Position numbers and translations under genes: made by a program
Notes under the pieces: generated by a model
Databases searched by the model: none
Seen by the model: the letters and a program-made list of their open reading frames with translations, nothing else
Told to the model about the DNA's origin: nothing
Assembly (NCBI GenBank): GCA_036507075.1
Contig: DASXQR010000037.1
Coordinates: 1-33,318 of the forward strand
Length of the DNA stretch: 33,318 nucleotides
Direction: 5' to 3'
Origin: Acidobacteriota bacterium
Lineage (GTDB): Bacteria; Acidobacteriota; UBA6911; JACQSX01
In this document: positions 17,370 through 25,790 of the stretch, in pieces
Layout of the letters: every line of letters begins with the position of its first letter
How positions within the stretch are numbered: the stretch's first letter is position 1

Positions 17370-18029
17370 ATGGCATCCGATCGACCGCCGATCATGCAAC
17401 TGATTCTGGTTCCATCGATGATCACCCTGCTGATCACCCTGCTGCGATTGGTAGGGGAGATGAAGGGTTGGTCTGAGGTTTTCTTCAAGCGTTCAGCGGG
17501 CGGGTTCGGCGCTCTGGTTGGTATTGCGTGGCTTGTGCCCGTGTTCGGGATTTATTTTGCACTCAAGCTTGCCAAGATGGGATTTGAGCCGCGCGGCGCT
17601 TTGCGTGCTGTCGGCATCGTGCTGGTCGCGCTGGTTGTGGAAATTGGCGTGGGTCTGGTGCCAATGATTTTCCACGGAGACTATCGCGCTCAGCTCGGAT
17701 TCATGGCGCTGGGGGCTTTGATCGGGATTCCAATTGCTATCACTGCCTGGCCGGCACTGGGCAAGACTCTTCTGGCCTATGGTTTGGCCGCGCGTGTCCC
17801 GGTAATCGTGATCATGTTTTTGGCCATCCGCGGCAATTGGGGAACGCATTACGATGTGGCGCCTCCTGACTTTCCAGCGCTGCCGGTGATGCAGAAGTTC
17901 TTCTGGATCGGACTGCTGCCTCAGGCGACGCTTTGGATCGCGTACACGGTGTTGTTCGGAATTATTTTTGGCGCCCTCGCATATGCAGTCGGACGACGGC
18001 GCGCGCCGGATCTTGCGCACTCGGCTTGA
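17370..18029 (+). CDS. Hypothetical multi-pass membrane protein
   Basis: RBS AAGGAG before ATG 17370 and about six hydrophobic segments. Confidence 0.8.
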   Translation: MASDRPPIMQLILVPSMITLLITLLRLVGEMKGWSEVFFKRSAGGFGALVGIAWLVPVFGIYFALKLAKMGFEPRGALRAVGIVLVALVVEIGVGLVPMIFHGDYRAQLGFMALGALIGIPIAITAWPALGKTLLAYGLAARVPVIVIMFLAIRGNWGTHYDVAPPDFPALPVMQKFFWIGLLPQATLWIAYTVLFGIIFGALAYAVGRRRAPDLAHSA

Positions 18030-18063
18030 CCGGCTTAATGTCGAAAGCCTCAAAATCGGGAGT

Positions 18064-18163
18064 TGAACTGACTTGGTGCCTTGGTGGTAAAATTTTTTTG
18101 AACCACGAAGACACCAAGAGATTAGCTCACCCTCAGACTTTCGATCTTCCGGACTTCCGACTT
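18064..18163. repeat. Back-to-back 9-mer palindrome plus a 7/8-mer array
   Basis: CTTGGTGCCTTGGTGGT-AAAATTTTTTTG-AACCACGAAGACACCAAG, then GACTTTCGATCTTCCGGACTTCCGACTT. Confidence 0.85.
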
Positions 18164-18168
18164 AGTAA

Positions 18169-18825
18169 ATGGAAAGCCATTTAGTCGATCGGCTTGCCAG
18201 GATCATCTGGGACTACCACCACCTGAACCATTCTCTGGAAAAGGCCGACTGCATTCTGGTGCTCGGGAGCCACGACCTGCGGGTGGCGGAAAGGGGCGCG
18301 CAGCTTTATCTGGAAGAGTGGGCTCCACTGATCGTTTTCTCCGGAGGCCTGGGAAACCTCACACGCGGCATGTGGGACGAACCGGAAGCTCAAAAATTTG
18401 CCAGGGTTGCCGTGCAGATGGGAGTGCCCGTGGAAAATATTCTGACAGAAGGCAGGTCGACAAATACCGGTGAAAACGTCAGATTTACCCGCAGGCTCCT
18501 GGAGGATCGAGGATTGAATCCCGGGAAATTCATTCTGGTACAGAAGCCCTACATGGAGCGGCGCACTTATGCGACTTTCCGGCAGTACTGGCCCCGGAAA
18601 GAGTGTATTGTCACTTCTCCGCAGATCCCGTTTGAACAATATCCCAATGCGGGAATCAGCAAGCAGGACGTGATCCACATCATGACGGGAGATCTGCAAA
18701 GAATCCGGGAATATCCGTCGCGGGGTTTTCAGATTTACCAGGAGATTCCGCCTGATGTTTGGAATGCATACGAAAAGCTTGTGGAGTTGGGTTATACAAA
18801 TAACCTTATCGATCGTGCACCATGA
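18169..18825 (+). CDS. YdcF/DUF218 family protein
   Basis: ADCILVLGS, FSGG.G, EA, E.RSTNTGEN, VQKPYMERR motifs. Confidence 0.88.
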   Translation: MESHLVDRLARIIWDYHHLNHSLEKADCILVLGSHDLRVAERGAQLYLEEWAPLIVFSGGLGNLTRGMWDEPEAQKFARVAVQMGVPVENILTEGRSTNTGENVRFTRRLLEDRGLNPGKFILVQKPYMERRTYATFRQYWPRKECIVTSPQIPFEQYPNAGISKQDVIHIMTGDLQRIREYPSRGFQIYQEIPPDVWNAYEKLVELGYTNNLIDRAP

Positions 18826-18834
18826 GAGTTTCGA

Positions 18835-18887
18835 AGCTTGGCGCCTTGGTGGTGAAAAAAATTAAACCACCAAGGCACCAAGCCAGA
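18835..18887. repeat. Back-to-back 9-mer palindrome
   Basis: Near-identical to 12156-12206. Confidence 0.9.
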
Positions 18888-18922
18888 TTTTCCACTTCTG
18901 TGCCGAAGACCAAGGAGGAGAA

Positions 18923-19804
18923 ATGAAAACATCCAGACGCGATTTTATTAAGACCAGTGCTGCGGTTTCAGGCCTGGTTGGGTTTCCCGCTTCCATTTCG
19001 GCGGGTCAGGTTTCGACTCCCAAGGCAACAAAGGGCTTGCGGCTGGGGACGGTGACCTACAACATTGCCAAGGACTGGGACATCGACGCGATTATCAAGA
19101 ACCTGACCGAAGTTGGAATGGATGCCGTGGAACTTCGGACCACGCACGCTCACGGGGTCGAGATTACGCTTCCCCCGGAGAGGCGACAGTGGGTGCGCCA
19201 GCGATTTGAAGAATCGCCGGTCAAGATCGGTGGTCTTGGAACGACATGCGAATACCACGCGGCCGACCCCGCGCTGGTTAAAAAGAACGTCGAAGAAACC
19301 AAGCAGTGGATCAAGCTGGCCCGCGACGTCGGATCTCCCTCGGTAAAGGTTCGACCCAACGGGCTGCGCAAGGACGTGCCTGAAGAGAAGACACTCGAGC
19401 AGATAGGGAAATCACTGAAAGAGTGCGGAGTCTTTGCCCAGGAGCACGGAATCAAGGTGCAGTTGGAAGTGCATGGACCCGAGACGGCGCGCGTGCCACG
19501 GATAGCCAGGATTCTGCAGTATGCAGATCATCACCCCGGCGTGTTTGTCTGCTGGAACTCCAACCAGGACGATCTACTGGATGGCGGCCTGGAAACAAAT
19601 TTCGGCCTGGTGAAGTCACGCATCGGGCAGGTCCATATGCGGGATCTCTTTGTTGAGGAATATCCCTTCAGGCGCTTGATCCAATTGCTCAGCGGGATGA
19701 ATTTTCAGGGATACTGTTTTGCCGAAATTCCGTCATCGCAGGATCCCGTTCGGGTGCTGAAGTACTTCCGCGGCCTGTTCCGGGCCTATCAGGGAATCAT
19801 TTGA
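18923..19804 (+). CDS. Tat-exported sugar phosphate isomerase/epimerase (xylose isomerase-like TIM barrel)
   Basis: SRRDFIK Tat motif, VELR, LEVHG, VHMRD, FAEI; RBS AGGAGG. Confidence 0.85.
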   Translation: MKTSRRDFIKTSAAVSGLVGFPASISAGQVSTPKATKGLRLGTVTYNIAKDWDIDAIIKNLTEVGMDAVELRTTHAHGVEITLPPERRQWVRQRFEESPVKIGGLGTTCEYHAADPALVKKNVEETKQWIKLARDVGSPSVKVRPNGLRKDVPEEKTLEQIGKSLKECGVFAQEHGIKVQLEVHGPETARVPRIARILQYADHHPGVFVCWNSNQDDLLDGGLETNFGLVKSRIGQVHMRDLFVEEYPFRRLIQLLSGMNFQGYCFAEIPSSQDPVRVLKYFRGLFRAYQGII

Positions 19805-19827
19805 GTCCCAGCAGCTTGAGTAAGAAT

Positions 19828-19896
19828 TTTTCCACCACAAAGGCACAAAGATCACAAAATGTCTCACTTTGTGATCTTCGTGTCTTTGTGGTGAAA
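19828..19896. repeat. 9-mer-array hairpin between convergent genes
   Basis: CACCACAAAGGCACAAAGATCACAAA pairs with TTTGTGATCTTCGTGTCTTTGTGGTG. Confidence 0.9.
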
Positions 19897-19924
19897 CTTC
19901 ATAAGCGGATCCGCCAACCCAGTA

Positions 19925-20638
19925 CTAGAAGCGATACCCAACGCCAAAGATGCCATGGTGGGACCGGAATAATGTGCGTGCTGTTCCTGCGGCGACGTTC
20001 AGCTCCGGATGAACGCGGGTAAGCTTGTACTCGGCAAAAGCGTACGCTCTTGGGCCCAGACGGATCTCGGTGCCGGCTGCAAGCTGGAAGGCAAGACCGG
20101 ACAACTGATACCTTTCCCGGCGGAGTCCTTCAACGGTGCTCTCCGGATGTGCAAGCGCCGGCCCCAGGCCGGCTCGAGCGGTCAGTGAAATCGTCCGCCG
20201 CGCAATCGGATAGCGCGTTACTGCGTTGACAAGCAGAAAATTCAAGCCGTGGGAAACTGAGAAACTCTGCAGGATACTGCGCAGAGGAAGCTGCCCGCTG
20301 ACGGCCAAACCGTTCCTTCGCCCGGCGGCGACGACCGGCATATCCGTCTTTGCGTATGCCTTTGCATGAATGAATTCGCCTTCCAGACCAAAGGCAGGAG
20401 CGGCAGAAAAGTAACACCCGATGCGGCCCCCGTAGTAGAGGGGGCCGGTAAAAGATTTACCCTCGTAATGCACCGGAGAAAGCAGCAGTTCTGTATCACG
20501 CCCGGGTTGCCGCAGCAGGATGGAATTGCTGTCGCTGTGGTTTGCTCCCAGGAAAACGCCCGCCGTCCATTCCCCGCGCACCGAAGCAGATCCGGCGACG
20601 TAGAAAAGAGTCACTACTATTGCCAGACGACGCTTCAT
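19925..20638 (-). CDS. Outer-membrane beta-barrel protein, lipid A oxidase (LpxQ)-like
   Basis: Signal peptide, P.YYG.R.G, F.H.KAYA, F..SHGLN, terminal aromatic GYRF. The LpxQ resemblance is from recalled motifs only. Confidence 0.65.
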   Translation of the reverse strand: MKRRLAIVVTLFYVAGSASVRGEWTAGVFLGANHSDSNSILLRQPGRDTELLLSPVHYEGKSFTGPLYYGGRIGCYFSAAPAFGLEGEFIHAKAYAKTDMPVVAAGRRNGLAVSGQLPLRSILQSFSVSHGLNFLLVNAVTRYPIARRTISLTARAGLGPALAHPESTVEGLRRERYQLSGLAFQLAAGTEIRLGPRAYAFAEYKLTRVHPELNVAAGTARTLFRSHHGIFGVGYRF

Positions 20639-20703
20639 ATTTTTTAAGGTCGAAGGGGTGCCTCCATAGTCAGTACCGCGGGCGTCAGCCCGTGAGAAAC
20701 ACT

Positions 20704-20873
20704 TTGAACCGCCAAGAACGCTAAGAACGCTAAGAATTTCTTTTTCGGTCCGGCAGTTTAAATGTTACCGCACTTTACACGTGACACTTCTTCAGAACTT
20801 TCAATTGCTTGCACTCAGCCGGTTGTTCGGACCCACGATGAGCTCAGCGTTCTTGGCGTTCTTCGCGGTTCAA
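20704..20873. repeat. 9-mer-array palindrome (CGCYAAGAA) with ~110-bp spacer
   Basis: TTGAACCGCCAAGAACGCTAAGAACGCTAAG pairs with CTCAGCGTTCTTGGCGTTCTTCGCGGTTCAA. Same unit as 2505-2524. Confidence 0.9.
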
Positions 20874-20955
20874 GCTTAAGCGCCATTCAGGCAATGCAAC
20901 ACAATCCGGCAAGTTTCGTTTAATATGGAAGGAGTTGCACTCACCGAGAGGAAAA

Positions 20956-22197
20956 ATGAAGCGCCTGATAATTCTTTCATTATTGCTCGTCTGTTTGTTG
21001 CTGGCTGGTTTTTCCGCCGCGTCCCTTGAGCCCGACTGGCCCCAGTGGCATGGGCCGACACGCTCCGGTCTGTCGTCCGATACCGGCCTGATGAAATCCT
21101 GGGCGCCCAGCGGGCCGCCGCTTGCCTGGTCAATAGCCAATCTTGGCGCGGGCTACGGGTCACTCGCGATCAAGGGCGACCGCATTTTTGTGCAAGGTAC
21201 ACGCGGCAACGAAAGTGTGGTGCATTGTTTGAACCGCGCCGATGGAAAGTCCGTGTGGACCGTTAAAATGGGCCCAACGCTGCCGCAGGACCGCGGAAAC
21301 GGCCCGCGAGGAACACCCACTGTCGACAATGATCGGCTTTACGCGCTGACGGAAAATGGCGATCTGGCCTGTCTGAAAACCGCGGACGGCTCGACGGTCT
21401 GGACCCGGAACATCCTGCAGGATTTCAACGGTGAGAATCCGAACTGGCAGATCAGCGAATCCCCTCTGGTTGATCAGAATCGGTTAATTGTGACGCCCGG
21501 AGGACAGCAGGCCGGCATCGTGGCGCTCGACAAAATGACCGGAAAGACGATCTGGACTGCCCGCGAATTGAGCGATCCGGCTGCCTATTCGTCCTGCCTG
21601 GCAGAGGACGTGGGAGGTATACGCACGATTATCGGATTTACTTCACGCGCCGGTGTAGGCGTGCGCGCTTCCGACGGAAAACTGATGTGGCGCTATGAAC
21701 CGGTAGCCAACCGCACCGCGAACGTCGCCACTCCTGTCTTTCATGACAACAAGGTCTTTTACACGTCGGCTTATGGAACCGGCTGCGCGCTGCTGGGTCT
21801 GACGGCGGAGAAAAACGAACAAGTGAAAGCGAGCGAGATTTATTTCAATCGCGATATGAAAAACCATCACGGCGGTGTGGTGCTGGTCAAGGATCATCTC
21901 TATGGTTATTCGGACACCATTCTCACCTGCATGGAATTTGCGACCGGCAAAGCAGTTTGGAGAAATCGCAGTGTCGGAAAGGGAAGCTTGACCTACGCCG
22001 ATGGCGATCTGTACCTGTTGAGTGAAAACAACGTGGTGGGCCTGGCTGTTGCCGCCCCGGAGGGTTATCAGGAAAAAGGGCGCTTCCAGATTGAAGATCA
22101 AGGACGCCCCAGTTGGGCGCATCCGGTTGTAGTCGGCGGCAAGCTTTACATTCGCAATCAGGGAAAACTTTACGCGTACGATGTCCGCGCCAAGTAA
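20956..22197 (+). CDS. PQQ-binding-like beta-propeller protein
   Basis: DWPQWHGP.R.G N-motif, repeated xDGK.vW blades, WAHPVV..GKLYIR. Confidence 0.88.
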   Translation: MKRLIILSLLLVCLLLAGFSAASLEPDWPQWHGPTRSGLSSDTGLMKSWAPSGPPLAWSIANLGAGYGSLAIKGDRIFVQGTRGNESVVHCLNRADGKSVWTVKMGPTLPQDRGNGPRGTPTVDNDRLYALTENGDLACLKTADGSTVWTRNILQDFNGENPNWQISESPLVDQNRLIVTPGGQQAGIVALDKMTGKTIWTARELSDPAAYSSCLAEDVGGIRTIIGFTSRAGVGVRASDGKLMWRYEPVANRTANVATPVFHDNKVFYTSAYGTGCALLGLTAEKNEQVKASEIYFNRDMKNHHGGVVLVKDHLYGYSDTILTCMEFATGKAVWRNRSVGKGSLTYADGDLYLLSENNVVGLAVAAPEGYQEKGRFQIEDQGRPSWAHPVVVGGKLYIRNQGKLYAYDVRAK

Positions 22198-22266
22198 GTC
22201 GTTCAGTCTTCCAGTCCGTCAGTCTGTCAAAGACTGAACGACTGAACGACTGAACGACTGACAGAC
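22198..22266. repeat. Inverted 8-mer arrays (GTTCAGTC / GACTGAAC) filling the whole gap between two stop codons
   Basis: GTCGTTCAGTCTTCCAGTCCGTCAGTCTGTC-AAA-GACTGAACGACTGAACGACTGAACGACTGACAGAC. Confidence 0.9.
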
Positions 22267-25200
22267 TCACTTTCCCCGGTACGTGATCCACATCGGCGAG
22301 ACCCAGACGATTTCGCCGTCCTGCTGTTCTCCCCGGACATAGTAATAGCTCGTCTTTCCCGCCTGCGCAGCCGTGTCCATCCAGGTGAATTCCACTCTGG
22401 CCGTCTTCGGCTCATGGCTGTAGACGTAGCGGTTGTCTTTGACCACGTGCACCTTGGCGAACGGGGCGGTTCCCATCAGCTTAACGGTAAGCGATGGTTT
22501 GTCGCTGGTTTCAAACTGTTCGCCCATCAGGTGATTGCCGCTGCGCACGTCTGCCAGGATGTCGTCTGTGGCGCCGTAGACATGGCGCTTCTTGAAAGCT
22601 TCCAGCAGAGCCTCACGCGTCGGCGCCGTTGTAAACAAGTTGCAGTAGCTCATGTGCGTCGAAATATGGTCTGAACTGGCTTGAAATCCAAGACGGTACC
22701 CTCTATCCAGAAGCGCAAGCGAAACAAAACCTTTGGGCCGCCAGCCGCCGATGGAATCTTTCTCGTTGTTCGATCTGGGAGCATCTGGCATTTCATAGTT
22801 CTGCCGGTCTCCCTGGTAGATCTCCACCAGTGGCTCGAGGAGCGGATCATTGTCGCGCCAGTCCGTGCCCATATTGGTGGCGCTGGTGTGTGAAGCGACG
22901 ATGCCGTTGAAGTGCCGCAAATAATCATAGAGCATTCGGGTGTCGGGCGCGCCGCCGGCAATCGTGTCATCTTTAACCTTGGGCAGTCGCGGCAGCGTGC
23001 GAACGCCTCGTTGCGCAAAGATAACGTTCCGGTGCCCCTCCGGATAAGCCACGCTCCGCTCGTAATTGAACATTGGAGTAAACACTCCCGTCAGCAGAAA
23101 GATATCCGTGAGCTTTTGCGTCGTCCACCAGCTGTATTCCCTGCCAAACCCGTTGTCGTGGTCGCAACAACCGATCCAATCGAGTGCCGCGGCATCCAGC
23201 GCGTAACGCCAGGCGTCCCAGATGGAGCCATCCCGCCCCGCGTCCATCGAAATTTCCGTGTGGCGATGAAACTCCCCGCGTACAATGCGATATTCCACGC
23301 CGTCCACGCGTGCGCGATACTCACGGAGCGCGCGGACATTCGATCTCCCGGCGGGCATATTTGTTCCGGGATCCTCGCCAGGCGCGGCTTCCAGCCGGGC
23401 CTGACTAACGGAAGTCCCCAGGACAATGGTCGAAGCGTAAAGATCGTTATTGTACGGATCCTGCCGCATCCCGAATTGCTGTGCCGGGATATCGGACCTT
23501 CGGAGTGAAGCGTCGAACTTTTGCCGGCTGTCGGAAGAACGGATAATCATGACTTCTCCCGGAGCGCCGGCCGCCAGCGCCGGCCGGTTGTCCAGCAGGT
23601 TATCGCTGTGGTTAAGAAAGATCGGGTTGGACCATGAGTTGCCGTCGAACGAGACCACATTCTCAAACCAGACCGTCCCGAGTGCAGTCCACCAGATCGG
23701 ATGAGCAGTACGATATGCAAGCCAAATGCGACCGCTGCGATCCGACAGGAGTCGCGGGTAACTGTTGAGGGGCCGCGGCGGAATCACGGGGATGCGGCTG
23801 GTGGGGCGATTCTTTGCAAGAGAAGGATCGGGCTGCGGATCCTTGTGCGCGTCACTTTGTCGAGCGTTGGAGTCCACTTTTCGGTCTGGAACGCCGGGCA
23901 GCACGGCATCCAGATTCCCAGGGATGAAGGCCTTACCCCCTTGCCACACCTTCAAGCGAATCCAGCGGCCCTGATAAAGCCCGATGCCTGTTGTTTCATA
24001 GGCTCCGAAGTCTTTTCCCCACGCCTCATCGGATTCCTCCCAGGCAAGCCAGAGCCGTCCGGAAGGATCATAAGCAACTGTCGGGTACGCTTCATAGCGG
24101 CTGGTGTTTGCCGCAGGCTGCTCGGCTCCGGGTTTTCCGGCGCTGTCAAATGAGCGGAAGTATACGTCGTAGTTTCCACTTCGATAACTGTCCCACGCCA
24201 CAGTGACCTGACCGGAAGGCGAAGCCGCAATCGCCGGGTTCCATTCATTTGCCGCCGAGGCTGCGACTGGTATGGCCGCGGAAAAGGCGTCCCCCTCCTG
24301 GCGTGCCGCGTGGATCTGAAAATGCCCGTGGCGAAATGCCTGCCAGGCTATCCACACACGCCCGGCAGAGTCGGTGGCCGCAACCGGCAGGATGTCAGGA
24401 CCGGCATCCGTGGTCAGACGCACCGTGCTCCCTCCTTTTTCACCCTGGAAAGGCCGCGCATAAAGATCAAAGTTGGCGCCGCTGTTCGCTGTCCAGCAAA
24501 CCCACACACGTCCCGAGCCGTCAATGCCAACCGCCGGCCTGTAAAGGTCGCCACGTGCCTCGGAAACCGGGATCGGATTCGACCAGGAGCCCTTGGAGTA
24601 TCGCATCAGAAAGATCTGATCTCCTCCGGCGGGTTCCGCCAATTCGCTGAAATTTTTAGGCGCTTCGCCCAGCGCCATGCGAATACCGGCGAATTTTGGA
24701 TTGATGGAGAACTGCATGAATGCGATCCAGATATTGCCGGCCGCATCCACTGCGGCAGCCGGGTAATCCTGATCGTCTCGCGAGCGGGTCAACTGCATGG
24801 TGACGGGAATGCGGTCGACCATTGCCCGGCCGTCGAGAAATTTTGTTATCTGGCCATATTGGATGTCGGCGGCGCGAAACTGAAAGTCTCCCTGGGCTGT
24901 TTTTACGCGCACTTCGGAATTCGGTTTTAGGTTCTTGAAGGTTGCAATGATGCCATTCGCCACAAAAGGCTGAGCCGGCTGAGGCGGCGGCTGCCCCGGC
25001 TGCTGTGCCGCTTGTGCGGGCTGCCGAGCCGTCTGCGGTGCGGCCTGGGGCGCCTGTGGTGCAGACTGCGGCGCCTGTGGTGCGGGCTGTTGCGGCGGTG
25101 GTACGGGCTGTGGCGCCTGTGGTGCGGGCTGCTGCGCCGTTTGCTGTGTGGTTGCAGCCTGAGGCTGTTGCGGTTGCTGGCGCTGCGCTCCAAAGGCGCG

Positions 25201-25530
25201 CGCACGATGGGTGGCGATTTTCCAACTGCTGTTTTGCAGGCTGTCGCCGTCGTCAAATCGCCATGGTTCCAGACGTTCCAGCTTGCCGTCTTTCACTGAA
25301 ATGGAGCCGTCCCATGATTTGCTCTCCGCATCGGTAAGACCGAGAAGAATCCGGAATGACGCTTCTCCGGCCGCGCCCGTTGCGCCGCGCGAAGAGTCGC
25401 CGGTCGCCGTCTGGCCGGCGGCGGTGCCCGCGGAAAGGGCCGCTCCGGAAAACATGCCTGCGTAGTGCATCAACGCAAGCAGTGCAAGGGACAGCGTCAG
25501 AATGATCGCAAGGCGGGAGATTCTGAACAT
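22267..25530 (-). CDS. Large secreted protein: P/Q/A-rich linker, beta-propeller-like repeats, C-terminal PHP-like metallohydrolase domain
   Basis: GEFHRHTEIS.D, DHD, GHRN, H, SSDH metal-ligand pattern. Repeated P.iA.D..G.vWiAW blades and a YYYVR C-terminus. Confidence 0.75.
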   Translation of the reverse strand: MFRISRLAIILTLSLALLALMHYAGMFSGAALSAGTAAGQTATGDSSRGATGAAGEASFRILLGLTDAESKSWDGSISVKDGKLERLEPWRFDDGDSLQNSSWKIATHRARAFGAQRQQPQQPQAATTQQTAQQPAPQAPQPVPPPQQPAPQAPQSAPQAPQAAPQTARQPAQAAQQPGQPPPQPAQPFVANGIIATFKNLKPNSEVRVKTAQGDFQFRAADIQYGQITKFLDGRAMVDRIPVTMQLTRSRDDQDYPAAAVDAAGNIWIAFMQFSINPKFAGIRMALGEAPKNFSELAEPAGGDQIFLMRYSKGSWSNPIPVSEARGDLYRPAVGIDGSGRVWVCWTANSGANFDLYARPFQGEKGGSTVRLTTDAGPDILPVAATDSAGRVWIAWQAFRHGHFQIHAARQEGDAFSAAIPVAASAANEWNPAIAASPSGQVTVAWDSYRSGNYDVYFRSFDSAGKPGAEQPAANTSRYEAYPTVAYDPSGRLWLAWEESDEAWGKDFGAYETTGIGLYQGRWIRLKVWQGGKAFIPGNLDAVLPGVPDRKVDSNARQSDAHKDPQPDPSLAKNRPTSRIPVIPPRPLNSYPRLLSDRSGRIWLAYRTAHPIWWTALGTVWFENVVSFDGNSWSNPIFLNHSDNLLDNRPALAAGAPGEVMIIRSSDSRQKFDASLRRSDIPAQQFGMRQDPYNNDLYASTIVLGTSVSQARLEAAPGEDPGTNMPAGRSNVRALREYRARVDGVEYRIVRGEFHRHTEISMDAGRDGSIWDAWRYALDAAALDWIGCCDHDNGFGREYSWWTTQKLTDIFLLTGVFTPMFNYERSVAYPEGHRNVIFAQRGVRTLPRLPKVKDDTIAGGAPDTRMLYDYLRHFNGIVASHTSATNMGTDWRDNDPLLEPLVEIYQGDRQNYEMPDAPRSNNEKDSIGGWRPKGFVSLALLDRGYRLGFQASSDHISTHMSYCNLFTTAPTREALLEAFKKRHVYGATDDILADVRSGNHLMGEQFETSDKPSLTVKLMGTAPFAKVHVVKDNRYVYSHEPKTARVEFTWMDTAAQAGKTSYYYVRGEQQDGEIVWVSPMWITYRGK

Positions 25531-25662
25531 AAGAATCCTCCAGTTTTGTGGCGCGGTTTGGAGATCCCGCGCATTATTTTGGCGAAAGATGAACTGAACG
25601 GGACGTTGACATTTTCCGATTCCGGCGGGCTTGGATCAAGGGAATTCCTTCGTCAAGGGTTT

Positions 25663-25790
25663 TTGCCACAAAGCCACAAAGATTCTACGGGCTCATGAGA
25701 AGTGTAACTTCCGTGCATGCCCGATCATGGCTGGGAAGGTTTCACTTCACGCTGAATCCAGATCTTTGTGGCTTTGCGGCTTTGTGGCCA
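25663..25790. repeat. 9-mer-array palindrome (GCCACAAA) with two internal 13-bp palindromes; overlaps the kinase 3' end
   Basis: GCCACAAAGCCACAAAGAT pairs with ATCTTTGTGGCTTTGCGGCTTTGTGGC. Motifs at 25699 and 25736. Confidence 0.85.

Noticed and set aside
20668..20694. Small hairpin CGCGGGC-GTCA-GCCCGTG as a further REP
   Set aside because: A single short copy in the window, which cannot be distinguished from chance.
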